Below are positions 9,043-19,200 of a stretch of 64,000 nucleotides of DNA, piece by piece (the stretch's first letter is position 1; every line of letters starts with the position of its first letter). Source of the DNA: Candidatus Latescibacterota bacterium (lineage in GTDB: Bacteria; Latescibacterota; UBA2968; UBA8231); assembly GCA_965248355.1 (NCBI GenBank), contig OZ252098.1, positions 4,576,001 to 4,640,000 on the forward strand. Reading direction: 5' to 3'. The translations under genes and the position numbers were made by a program. The notes under the pieces are model-generated. The model ran no database searches and was not told the DNA's origin. It saw nothing but the letters and a program-made list of their open reading frames with translations.

Positions 9043-9051
9043 GCGGGCCCG

Positions 9052-10131
9052 TCAGACCGCCCCGCGGGCGATATCCCCCACCAACTGCACGTCGTGGCGG
9101 GCCTCCGCCAGCGGCGTGCGGCAGGTCTCCCCCTCGGTCACGCAGGCGTGGAAGTGGCGCAGCTCGGCGGCGAAGGGGCTCTCCCAGTCGACGGCGGGCC
9201 GGCGCTCGAAGGGCTCGCCCTCCTCTGAGACCCCGCGGATCACCACTTCGCTCAGCTGCCCCCGGGAGAACCCCGTCGGATAGGACAGGATCACGCCGCG
9301 GTCCGGTCCGTAGACCTCCAGGGTCTCGCGGAAGTGGCGGATGCGCTCCAGCTCCACCCAGGTGGCGGCGCAGCGCAGGCCGCCGGCCCACCCGAGGATG
9401 GTGCTGATCCCCAGTCCGTCGTTCCAGATCTCGGTGGCCGCCACGCGCTCCGGCGGCCCGAAGAGGTGGCGCAGTCCGTAGAGGTCGTGGATCATGCTGC
9501 CGGCCAGGTGGAAGAAGGCGGAACGCGCGGGGCCGGGGGCGTCGCCGAGGGCGCGGGCGGCGTCGGCGTTCCGGAGGGAGGCCGCCTCCCGGAGGGCCGA
9601 GCCGGGCAGGTCGCCGGCGCGCCGCAGCCTGAAGTGGGCCAGGTGGTGGCGGTTGTCGGTGTGCAGGTGGTTCACCTGGGCGAAGCGCAGCTCCGGCCCC
9701 ATGCCCTCCACCTCGCGCTCCAGCAGCCGGAAGGCGGGATCGTAGAGCTTCATGTACGCGGCCTGGGCCACGACCCCGGCGCCGGCGGCGGCCTGGGCCA
9801 TGCGGTCCACGTCTTCCGGGACGAAGGCCACGGGCTTCTCGATGAGCAGGTGGCGGCCGGACTCCAGGACGGCGAGGGCGGCGCCCACCTTGGGGTCGGA
9901 CTGGCACAGCAGGACGGCGTCGAGGTCGGCGTCCAACAGGTCGCGCAGATCCGTGAACCAGGCGGGGACGTGGTACTCCTCGGCGGCGGAGCGGGCCAGC
10001 GTCTCGGACAGGTCGCAGAGGCCGGCGATCTCGAACTCCTCGCCCAGGAAGGCGAGGTTGGGCAGGTGCTGCACCTGGGCCACGGCGCCGCAGCCGACGA
10101 CGCCGATCCGCAGCCGGCGCGCCGCGCTCAT
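9052..10131 (-). CDS. Gfo/Idh/MocA-family oxidoreductase
   Basis: IGVVGCGAVA Rossmann motif, HLLIEKP; ATGA overlap with the cupin gene. Confidence 0.9.
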   Translation of the reverse strand: MSAARRLRIGVVGCGAVAQVQHLPNLAFLGEEFEIAGLCDLSETLARSAAEEYHVPAWFTDLRDLLDADLDAVLLCQSDPKVGAALAVLESGRHLLIEKPVAFVPEDVDRMAQAAAGAGVVAQAAYMKLYDPAFRLLEREVEGMGPELRFAQVNHLHTDNRHHLAHFRLRRAGDLPGSALREAASLRNADAARALGDAPGPARSAFFHLAGSMIHDLYGLRHLFGPPERVAATEIWNDGLGISTILGWAGGLRCAATWVELERIRHFRETLEVYGPDRGVILSYPTGFSRGQLSEVVIRGVSEEGEPFERRPAVDWESPFAAELRHFHACVTEGETCRTPLAEARHDVQLVGDIARGAV

Positions 10132-10763
10132 CCGGTCCGGCCCGCCCGCGGCGCCAGCCGGTTCCACTGCTCCGTGGTCTCGTGGAGCTTGTCCACCACG
10201 CCGCGCAGGGCGAGCCACATGGCCTCGCGGTGACGGCCGGCGGCCTCCTCGTCGCCGGCGGCCAGGGCCTCCAGCAGGCGGCCGCCCTTCTGGCGCTGCT
10301 CCCCGGCGGCGGTGGTCGCAGCCGAGGCCAGCTCCTCCGCCAGGCCGACGAAGCCCTCCACCAGCTCCTCCACCGGGGCCGGGTCCTCCTCCACGTCGTA
10401 GGCTGACGACGGCTGGAAGCGGACGGGCCGCCGGTCTCCCTCCTCGGTGCGGCCCGTATGGGTGGGCTGCACGTGCGGCGTCACCGAGAGATACATGGTC
10501 ATCGGCTCGTCGCCGATCACGCGGACCCGGTGGGGCTCGTGGGCCAGCGCCAGGCAGGCCTGCCCGGGACCGAGGTCGGCCGTCTCTCCCGAGATCTCGA
10601 ACCGGGCCCGGCCCTGCAGGATGAGGAAGATCTCGTGCCCGAGGTCGTGGCTGTGCAGGTCGGCCTGCTGCCCCGGCTCCATGCGCAGAAAGCGCGAGCG
10701 CATCCGCGAGGAGACGAAGATGTTGCGCACGTCGCGGCGGTAGTCGAAGACTTCGATTGCCAT
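10128..10763 (-). CDS. Cupin-domain protein
   Basis: HSHDLGHEIFLILQG...HEPHRV cupin motifs. Confidence 0.85.
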   Translation of the reverse strand: MAIEVFDYRRDVRNIFVSSRMRSRFLRMEPGQQADLHSHDLGHEIFLILQGRARFEISGETADLGPGQACLALAHEPHRVRVIGDEPMTMYLSVTPHVQPTHTGRTEEGDRRPVRFQPSSAYDVEEDPAPVEELVEGFVGLAEELASAATTAAGEQRQKGGRLLEALAAGDEEAAGRHREAMWLALRGVVDKLHETTEQWNRLAPRAGRTG

Positions 10764-10779
10764 CCTTCCTCTCCGTGTC

Positions 10780-11967
10780 TCAGTATTTCCCGATAGCGGC
10801 AAAGTCGATTTCGATCGTCGAGTCCTCCATCTCGGCAGCAGCCGAAACGCGGATGAAGCCCATCTCTGCCAGCCGGATCAGTTCCCGCCAAAGCGTCCGG
10901 CGCTTGACATCCTTGTAGACGGCCTGGACGTAGGGCGCCTGGACCAGTTCGGAGAGTCCGATCTTCCTGGACGGGGCATCGGAGAATGGATCGACAGGCT
11001 CCGTTTCCTTCAGCAGGAAATCGAGCAGACCGTACTCCCGGGTGTTGAGGACGCGGCGGCGCTTCCCCGCGCGTTGCTCCAGGGCCCTGACCATGGTGTC
11101 CCTGTAGACCAGGCGGTTGAGCTTGGCCTTGATGAAGTCGTTGATCCCCCGCAACTCGGCCGCGAAGCCCCTGATGCCGAAGGCCACGAAGGCGGTCAGG
11201 TCGAAGGGCTGCGCGCGCCTGCTCTGCTGAAGGAGCCGCTTGTACTCGTCTGCGTTGCGGTAGAAGAAGTTCGACAGTCCGTAGAATCCCAGCACGTTGT
11301 ACCCCCCTTGGAAGAGAATGCCGGCCTCGACCAGCCTGGAGACTCTCCCGTTCCCGTCGCCGAAGGGATGGATCGTCACCAGGAAGAAGTGGGCTAGCAA
11401 GGCCCGAACCACGGGGTGTTGATCCAGGCAGCGTTTCGAGTTCACGAACTCCACGAACTCGTCCATGAGCCTGGGCAGGTCCTCCGGGGAGACTCCTCGA
11501 TGCACGCCGCCCAGTTCCGGAGTCCCGACGACGACCCGGTGCGTCCTCAGTCGCCCCGGGACGTTGTCCTTCTCATCGGATCCTTCTGTGAGACGTTCGT
11601 GCAGGTAGAGGATGTCCGAGAGTTGGAGAGGTGCGCTGCCGGGCGTGAGCCTCTCCCTGACCCACGCCTGAGCCAACCCTGCGTTGCGCACCTGGCGCTG
11701 CTCCATGGACTGGTTCGCGGGCGGCTCCGAAGACTCCTCAAGATGTTCCATCTGCTGGCGCACTTCGGCTTCCGTCAGAGGGTTCCCCTCGAGGGCGGTC
11801 GTTCCGCGGACCGCACGCACACGATTCAACTGGTCCAACTGTTCCCTCCAGGGCGGAGGGAGGACCAAGTTGAGCGCCGACTGTTTGTAGGCCTCGATCT
11901 CGATCAGATCGGAGGGCAGGCTCTCGATCTGGATAGAGTATTCGAATCGGAATCGTCTCCAGTCCAT
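10780..11967 (-). CDS. Fic-domain protein (class II, auto-inhibitory helix)
   Basis: Catalytic HPFGDGNGRVSR; N-terminal TTALEGN matches (S/T)xxxE(G/N). Confidence 0.92.
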   Translation of the reverse strand: MDWRRFRFEYSIQIESLPSDLIEIEAYKQSALNLVLPPPWREQLDQLNRVRAVRGTTALEGNPLTEAEVRQQMEHLEESSEPPANQSMEQRQVRNAGLAQAWVRERLTPGSAPLQLSDILYLHERLTEGSDEKDNVPGRLRTHRVVVGTPELGGVHRGVSPEDLPRLMDEFVEFVNSKRCLDQHPVVRALLAHFFLVTIHPFGDGNGRVSRLVEAGILFQGGYNVLGFYGLSNFFYRNADEYKRLLQQSRRAQPFDLTAFVAFGIRGFAAELRGINDFIKAKLNRLVYRDTMVRALEQRAGKRRRVLNTREYGLLDFLLKETEPVDPFSDAPSRKIGLSELVQAPYVQAVYKDVKRRTLWRELIRLAEMGFIRVSAAAEMEDSTIEIDFAAIGKY

Positions 11968-12144
11968 TTGTCGGCGTCTTTCTTAGCACCTTCTTTGACA
12001 GGCAATTTGAACCGTTCAAGCCATTGATAATAATACAATTAAATTACTTCAGCAACTCATTGTGGACACCTTATTTGGCACGCTATCTGACAGATACTCC
12101 GACCGGGACTTCGGACCCCCCTGGCACCGGGCGCCGCCCACCTT

Positions 12145-13626
12145 TCAATCCAGGTAGTCCATCTCCGGCCGCAGATCCCACCGGCACACATCGGGCGGCC
12201 GCACCCGCCGCGCCCACTCCGCCAGAACCCGCCCCTCCGCCCGCCGCCGCGCCATCTGCTCCCGCACCCAGGCCGGGTCCCAGCCATCCAGCACCAAGCC
12301 CTCCAGCTCGGCCCGCACCCCGGCGCAGGCCGGGTCCGCGGCCCGGTCGCGGGTCTCGCGGGGGTCCTGCCCCAGGTGGAAGAGCTGGCTGGGCTGGCCG
12401 TCATAGTAGTTGAGCTTCCACGGCCCGCGGCGCACCATGCGCTGGACCACGGGCTCGGCCACGGGCCCGCCCGATCCCGCCGCGTCGAGGCAGAACTCGC
12501 TGAAGGCGATGTCCTCCCACTCGACCGCCCCCGGCTCCTGCAGCAGGGGCAGCAGGCTGCGGCCCCGCGAGTGGGGCAGGGGCGGGCACGCCAAGGCGTC
12601 GAGCAGGGTGGCGTTGAGGTCCAGGCTGCTGGTCACCCGGCCGCAGCGTTGGCCCTCGGGCAGCCGTTCCGGCCAGGCCAGGACCGCCGGCACCCGCACC
12701 GAGTCCTCGTAGAAGGTCTGCTTCCACCACAGGCCGTGCTCGCCGGCCTGCTCTCCGTGGTCGGAGGTGTAGAGGACGAGAGTGTTCTCCACCAGCCCGG
12801 CGGCCTCCAGGGCGCCGAGGATGCGGCCGATCATGTGGTCGAGGCGGGTCACCAGACCCCAGTAGGCGGTCCGGGCCCGCAGGACCTCCTCCTCGGGCAC
12901 CTCCTCGATGCCGCAGGCCTGGCGCCAGGCCTTCAGGTGCGGGTGCAGGTCGTCGGAGAAGGGTTCGGGCGTTCGCGGCAGGGTCATGCGGCCCTCGTAC
13001 CGGGAGTAGTCCTCGGCCTTGGCCACGAAGGGCTGATGGGGGAGCATGAAGCCCACGGACAGGGAGAAGGGGTCGTCCTCCCCGGCGCGGCGGCGCTCCC
13101 CCCGGTGGTGGAGCCAGTCCACGGCCCGGTCCGTGACCTCCTCGTCGTGGACCTGGTAGGCGCTCTGGCCCGGCCCCGACTTGACCAGGCTGACCCGCGC
13201 CGGCCCCGCGGTGCCGGTCAGCTCGCCGTGGTCGACGCCGCGGCCGCCGAGGTGGTTGGGACCGTGGTCTCCCACGAGGCGCTCGGCGTAGCCGTGGAGC
13301 TGGTCGGGGCCGAGGGCGTGCATGCGGCCGATCAGGGCCGGCCGGTAGCCGCCGGCGCCCATGGCGTGGGCCAGGGTGGGGATGGCCGAGTCGAGGACGT
13401 GGCTGTTGGTCCAGACCCCGTTCTCGAAGGGGTGGCGGCCGGTGAGGGCGGACATGCGCGAGGGCACGCACAAGGGGGACGGGCAGTAGCAGGTGTCGAG
13501 GACGACGCCCCGGGCGGCGAGGCGGTCGAGGTTGGGGGTGTGGACCAGCCCGTCGCCGTAGCAGCCGGCCACGAAGGGGCTGTGCTGGTCGGAGTGCAGG
13601 TACAGCAGGTTGGCCCGCTCGCTCAT
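12145..13626 (-). CDS. Sulfatase (choline-sulfatase-like)
   Basis: SDQH, formylglycine motif CVPSR, GRMH, YTSDHGE, WWKQTFYE. Confidence 0.92.
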   Translation of the reverse strand: MSERANLLYLHSDQHSPFVAGCYGDGLVHTPNLDRLAARGVVLDTCYCPSPLCVPSRMSALTGRHPFENGVWTNSHVLDSAIPTLAHAMGAGGYRPALIGRMHALGPDQLHGYAERLVGDHGPNHLGGRGVDHGELTGTAGPARVSLVKSGPGQSAYQVHDEEVTDRAVDWLHHRGERRRAGEDDPFSLSVGFMLPHQPFVAKAEDYSRYEGRMTLPRTPEPFSDDLHPHLKAWRQACGIEEVPEEEVLRARTAYWGLVTRLDHMIGRILGALEAAGLVENTLVLYTSDHGEQAGEHGLWWKQTFYEDSVRVPAVLAWPERLPEGQRCGRVTSSLDLNATLLDALACPPLPHSRGRSLLPLLQEPGAVEWEDIAFSEFCLDAAGSGGPVAEPVVQRMVRRGPWKLNYYDGQPSQLFHLGQDPRETRDRAADPACAGVRAELEGLVLDGWDPAWVREQMARRRAEGRVLAEWARRVRPPDVCRWDLRPEMDYLD

Positions 13627-13791
13627 GTGCGTCCTCGCGGAAAGCCGGCGCCGGCCGTGGCGTCGCGGGCGGGAATCTTAGGCGATGGGAAGAGCCCCGG
13701 CGACGGCGGCGGCGCCGTGCCCGGGGAGGCGGATCGTTCCTATTCTATCCGGGAGGATCCGGAACCGCACCCTGACGAAACGAGACGAGAG

Positions 13792-14616
13792 ATGGAACTG
13801 AACGCCCCGCAGCGCAATGCCGAACTCACCCGGGACAGCTCCCTTCCCAGGGACCGGTTCGGCCGGCCCCTGGTGGCCGACGACATCCTGGAACGCATGA
13901 AGAAGGTGACCACCGAGGAGGCCTGGGGCGTGCTGATGGGGCACGACTTCCGGCTGCAGTACGAGGGCGGCTGGCTGAACCTGCACCCGGAGCGCATCCT
14001 GGTGGGCCGCGCCGTCACCTGCCGCTACGTGCCCCAGCGGCCCGACCTGCAGGAGCTGGTGCAGGAGGAGGGCCAGCGCAACGAGCGCGTGGGCGGCCAG
14101 AACTCGTGGGTCATCGACACCCTGGAGAAGGGCGACGTGCTCGTGGTCGAGCTCTTCGGCAAGATCGAGCGCGGCACCTTCATCGGCGACAACCTCGGCA
14201 CCGCTATCGCCACGCGCACCGGCGGGACCGGCCTGGTGGTGGACGGCTCGATCCGCGACGCCCAGCGCGTGGCGCAGCTGCCGATGAACGTGTTCTGCCG
14301 GGACGTCCATCCCACCGCCATCGGCGATGTAACCCTCGCGGAGATCAACGGCCCCGTCCGCATCGGCGAGGCCACGGTCATGCCCGGCGACGTGGTGCTC
14401 GGCACCCCATCGGGCATCGTTTTCGTGCCCCCGAAGCTGGCCGCCGAGGTGGTGGAGAAGTCGGAGGAGACCCGCATGCGCGACTACTTCGGCAAGATGC
14501 GTATCCGCGAAGGCGTCTACACCCCGGGCGAGGTGGACCGGGGCTGGTCGGAGGCGATGACGGCCGACTACGACGGCTGGAAGAAGTCGGTGCGGGTGGA
14601 GGACCTGGACACGTAG
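13792..14616 (+). CDS. RraA / HMG-aldolase-like protein
   Basis: GRAVT, GDVLVV, FIGDNLG, VVDGSIRD, TVMPGDVVLG. Confidence 0.85.
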   Translation: MELNAPQRNAELTRDSSLPRDRFGRPLVADDILERMKKVTTEEAWGVLMGHDFRLQYEGGWLNLHPERILVGRAVTCRYVPQRPDLQELVQEEGQRNERVGGQNSWVIDTLEKGDVLVVELFGKIERGTFIGDNLGTAIATRTGGTGLVVDGSIRDAQRVAQLPMNVFCRDVHPTAIGDVTLAEINGPVRIGEATVMPGDVVLGTPSGIVFVPPKLAAEVVEKSEETRMRDYFGKMRIREGVYTPGEVDRGWSEAMTADYDGWKKSVRVEDLDT

Positions 14617-14818
14617 CGGAGATCCTGCTTCAAGGGGCTTCCGAGATCTCCGCGGCGCTCTTCAAGGCGTGGTGGCAAGTCGCTCGGGGCCTCATGGGTC
14701 GCGCCGGCGGCCTCTTCCTCACCGAGGTCCGGGATCGACGATTCCTCATCCTTTGCCGCCTCCCTCACCCAGATCGACCGGACGTGTTCCAAAACCTGGC
14801 ATTATCAACGGCCTGCTA

Positions 14819-15982
14819 GTGTCATGTCGCAGAGATTCGCTCACAAAGTCGCTTGACCTTGGCGAGGATGGAATCGGCCGTCGCCGTCCAGACGAAGGGC
14901 CGGGCCTTGGCGTTCCACTTGTCGGTGTACCGTTCGATCCGCTCGACCAGCTCCGGGACCTTCCGAAACGACCCGCGCCGGATCGCTTGACGCGTAATGA
15001 TCCCGAACCAGATCTCCACTTGGTTGAGCCACGAAGCATACGTGGGGGTGTAGTGAACGTGAAACCGGGGACGCCGGGCCAGCCATCGCTTGACCTTGGC
15101 ATGCTTATGGGTGGCGTAGTTGTCGACGACGAGATGGATATCGAGATCCTCGGGCACGTTGGTCTCGACGTGGCGTAGGAACTGGAGGAATTCCTGGTGA
15201 CGATGCCGGGATTTGCACTGGGTCATCACTTCGCCGGTGGCCACGTCCAAGGCGGCAAACAGGGTCGTGGTGCCGTGCCGCTTGTAGTCGTGCGTAACGC
15301 CTTCCACGTATCCCAAGCCCAAGGGCAGCATCGGCTGAGTTCGTTCCAAGGCCTGGATCTGGCTCTTCTCGTCCACGCACAGAACCATGGCGTGCTCCGG
15401 GGGATTCAGGTACAACCCGGCGATGTCCCGTACTTTGTCCACGAAGAAGGGATCGGTGGACAGCTTGAAGTGCTTATGTCGGTGGGGTTGCAGACCATAG
15501 GTGCGCCAAATGCGATGCACCGCGTCCTTGGTCAGGCCGGTTTCCTGGCCCATGGAGCGCACCGACCACTGGGTTTCGTCCTTGGGCTTGGTCTTCAGGG
15601 TCTTGTAGACCACCTCGGCGACCTGCTCATCCGTGATCGATCGCGGCGCCCCCGGACGCAGCTCATCATGCAAGCCCGGGAGCCCGCCTTCGAGAAAGCG
15701 TTGCCGCCACTTGCCGACCGTCACGCGCGACACCCCGACGGCGCCCGCCACCGCTTCATTGGGCCAGCCGTCGGCGGCCAGCAGAACCATCTCGGCTCGC
15801 CGCACCAACCCGTGGGCAAGACTCCGGGACCTGGTCATCGATTCCAATTGTTCCCGGTCCGACGAACTCAATTCCAACGGCAGTAATGGACGCCCCATGG
15901 TAGGTCTCTCCTTTCCGAAACGGGACAAGAGAAACCTACGGCCCCTTCACTCGTCTGTAAAGCTATTTCTACGACGCGACAC
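14819..15982 (-). mobile_element. IS630-family insertion sequence, complete
   Basis: Terminal IRs (CTAG)TGTCATGTCGCAGAGAT and (CTAG)TGTCGCGTCGTAGAAAT; TA duplicated at 14817-14818 and 15983-15984. Confidence 0.9.
14822..15898 (-). CDS. IS630 transposase (single ORF)
   Basis: [54 protein letters not shown]. Confidence 0.95.
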   Translation of the reverse strand: MGRPLLPLELSSSDREQLESMTRSRSLAHGLVRRAEMVLLAADGWPNEAVAGAVGVSRVTVGKWRQRFLEGGLPGLHDELRPGAPRSITDEQVAEVVYKTLKTKPKDETQWSVRSMGQETGLTKDAVHRIWRTYGLQPHRHKHFKLSTDPFFVDKVRDIAGLYLNPPEHAMVLCVDEKSQIQALERTQPMLPLGLGYVEGVTHDYKRHGTTTLFAALDVATGEVMTQCKSRHRHQEFLQFLRHVETNVPEDLDIHLVVDNYATHKHAKVKRWLARRPRFHVHYTPTYASWLNQVEIWFGIITRQAIRRGSFRKVPELVERIERYTDKWNAKARPFVWTATADSILAKVKRLCERISAT

Positions 15983-15984
15983 TA

Positions 15985-16233
15985 GGCGTCGCAGCGCGGG
16001 CAGCGCATCTTGATCCCGCGCTCATGGTCCACGTAGACATCGACCCGCTCCTGTTCTTGGAACCGCATCTCGAGCACGATCCAGGGGCGCTCGATTCGCA
16101 GCAGACGGGGTGTAGAACTGCTTGAGGTCGTCCATGGGCGGCACTTCCCGGTGAGGGTGGCAGGGCACTTCGATGGACGGACCCTATGATACCACAACAT
16201 CTTGGGGGGTCCCCACGCCTACCCGGATGAGCC
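15985..16233 (-). mobile_element. ISL3-family remnant (left end plus frameshifted transposase N-terminus) cut by IS630
   Basis: End GGCTCATCCGGG at 16233 (minus); MDDLKQFY/LLRIERPWIV...VDVYVDH...MRCPRC zinc-finger start. Confidence 0.6.
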
Positions 16234-16256
16234 ATTATTCGTTACGTGTGTGGTCC

Positions 16257-19200
16257 TCAGAAGGGAATTGACATACGCAGCAGCAGTCCGTGGTCGAACC
16301 GACCCGTTGTGCTTTCTCGCCTCTGGCCTTCCAATTCAAACGTCGCCGGCAGCGCGAGTTGGGGGCGAGCGGTCAGGCTCCAAGCGGTCCCCAAGGCGAG
16401 TTCACGACCCTGCCCTGCCCATCGCAGCCAGCTATAGGGCGTCAGCAGACCCGGCAAGCCCAGCGCCTTCATGCCGGCGTAAGCCACCTCGCCTTCCATC
16501 CGGTACCGGGACCCTATCCCCATCGCCCGCATCCCCGCTGGGCGCATGACGGCATCCGCGTTGTCCCACAGCGTTGTCCGTCCGCCGGCATCCTGGCCCC
16601 GCGAGGGCTTCACCGATACCCTGAACCCGCGCTGCTTCTCGCCCGGGTCCCAGCTTGCCTGCCCGCCCACTCCCCAGTTCCGGTAGTCGCTTTCATGCAC
16701 CACCAGCACCCGGCCGTGCAGCGCCACGTCCAGTCCAAGGTTCGCATCCAGGTACCCCAGACGGAAACCGGTCTCCACGCCGCTGCCCCGATCCGCATCG
16801 CCCCCATCGAAACGCCCGCCGGCCTCCGCCTTCAGGCTCAGTGATCCCCCCGCTGACAGCGCCTTGTCGTGCACCCATTCCAGCATCAACCGGCCCCGGT
16901 GGGCCTCGCCGCTCACCTTCGCGATGTCCTCCGAGGCGTCGGTCTCGAGTCGCGTCGTGATGGCATCCGCGCGCAGACCCCATTCACTGTCACCCCGCCT
17001 GTTCAACACCGCCCTCATTCCCCCAGCGAACATCCGAAAGTCGGCATCGAAGCCGTAAGTCCCGCCCGGCTCCGTGACATCCAATTGACCTACCCCCAAG
17101 CCGCCAATGCCCCACATGCTCATCCGTTCGCTCGGCTGCCAGTACAGATACGGGTGAACCGTGTTCATGCGACTTTCCAGCGCCCCATCTACTCCATCGT
17201 CGGTGTAATCCAGGTCCCCCCAGCCGCGCATGAAAGACAGCCCGGCGAGCATCCGCTCGTTGGCAGGGAGATCCAGCCCGACGTGAGCGGCTTGGAGACC
17301 TCCTCGATAGTCCATCCCGGTCCGCGTCAAGTCCCCGTTGAAGTGCCGCAGATCCCCCTGTCCCCACAACACCGGAACCCAGTTCGTCTGCTCTTCACTC
17401 TCTCCCGGGGACATCTCGAAGGAGACCCCCGACAGGCTGAGCTCTCGATCCCTCATCCCTGAGAAGTCCCCCGATCCCGGTCCCAGCGGCGCGTCTCCGA
17501 TTCCAGAAGCATTTTGTCGATCCTGCCCGTAGACTCTCCCACTCGGCTCCATACCGGAGCCGGGAGAGGCGCCCAAGTGCGTTTGGTCTGAGCGTACGAA
17601 GTTCCCCAACGAACCCAGCGAGAAACTCCGCAGCCACGATCCTGGCGTGCCTGTTTCCCGATTCTCCGAGTTCCAACCGGATCCGGTTGGAACTCTGGTC
17701 TTGGCGGTGCCCAGAGCGCTCTGCACCAAGGAGCCTTCCGATTCTCTGCCGCCGGCGTCCTCGCTGCCTGTCCGCTTTGAATCTCCCGGGCTCAGAGTCG
17801 TGGCGCTATTGTCCCTCCCCGGCTGCGGTGTCGGCATCGCGCCAACCGATGGCCTCGATCGACTTCGTTGGCGATGCCGCTCAAATCGATCCTCTATCGC
17901 CGCCTGCGCGCTCTCCCCCATCGAGCGCGCGATCACCGCTTCCATCACCTCCAGCGTTTGCGAGAACTGCTCCGCCATCCGCCGCTGCGCGAAATGCACC
18001 TGGGTCGCGGAGGGATCGCCCGCATTGACCGCTTCCGGCAACTCGCCCAGGCTCAGCACAATTCCCTCGCCGGGATCGTTCACTTCATCCGCCAGAACCG
18101 CTACGGGAATCGTCTCCTCACTCTCGCCTTCCCCGAACACCACCGACGCCGGCACCCCGCTATAGTCCTCGGGCGTCGTCCCGTTTTGGAACACCACCAC
18201 CAGCGGGACTTCCACTCGCCGGTTCGCCGCCGGCGACATCTTCATTTCGATGCCGGCCCGCTGGCCTTCCTTAACCTCGTACTCCGCCTGACCAAAACTC
18301 ACCTCCAGCACCACCCGGTCGTCGTCCACCAGCGTCACCGTCGTCGTCGCCGAGCTCCCCGCTCTGACATCCACGTCCCCGCTGGCCGGGTCGAGCGGCA
18401 CCGTCGTTTTCGCCTGGCTCCCCGCAGTGACATCCGCGGGCAGCGTGCCGAAGCGCAGCTCGACCGCCTCGTCATCGAGGTCCGCGTCGTCGATCGCCGT
18501 CACCGTGATCGTCTTCGCCTCATCCCCCACCGCAAAGACCACCTGCGTCGCCGACAGGGAAAAGTCCCCGCTCGCGGGCTCGGTCTTCAGCGGCACCGTC
18601 ACTTCCCGGTCCGCGGCCTGGTCCAGGGCCACCGTCACCGTGGCATCGTCGCCGTTCTCCGTGGCCGTGTAGGACGCCGCGGCGAACATCACCATCAGCG
18701 GCGCCCGGGGCGTCGCACTCACCGGGGCCGACGCCGCGCCGGTTCCCGAGGCGTTCAGCGCCCGCACCCTGAAGGTGTAGGCGGTGCCGTTGGTCAGACT
18801 CGTTACCGTGTGGCCGGTGGTGTCGGCGCCGCTGCCGCTGATCTCGATGTAGTCGCCCCCGTCGCGGCTCAGCTCATAGCCGCTGATGCTGCTGTTGCCG
18901 GGGTCGGTCCAGCTCAGGGCCACCTGCCCGTCACCCGGCGCCGCACTCAGCCCCGCCGGCGCCTCCGGCACCGCCAACGGCGTCGCACTCACCGCGGCCG
19001 ACGCCGCCCCGGTTCCTGAGGCGTTCACCGCCCGCACCCTGAACGTGTAGGCGGTGCCGTTGGTCAGACTCGTTACCGTGTGGCCGGTGGTGCCGGCGCC
19101 GCTGCCGCTGATCTCGATGTAGTCGCCCCCGTCGCTGCTCACCTGGTAGCCGCTGATGCTGCTGTTGCCCGGGTCGGTCCAGCTCAGGGCCACCTCCCCG

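Noticed and set aside
6950..9050. Integron cassette (attC) explanation for the TA inserts
   Set aside because: No convincing RYYYAAC...GTTRRRY pairs at the junctions and no integrase.
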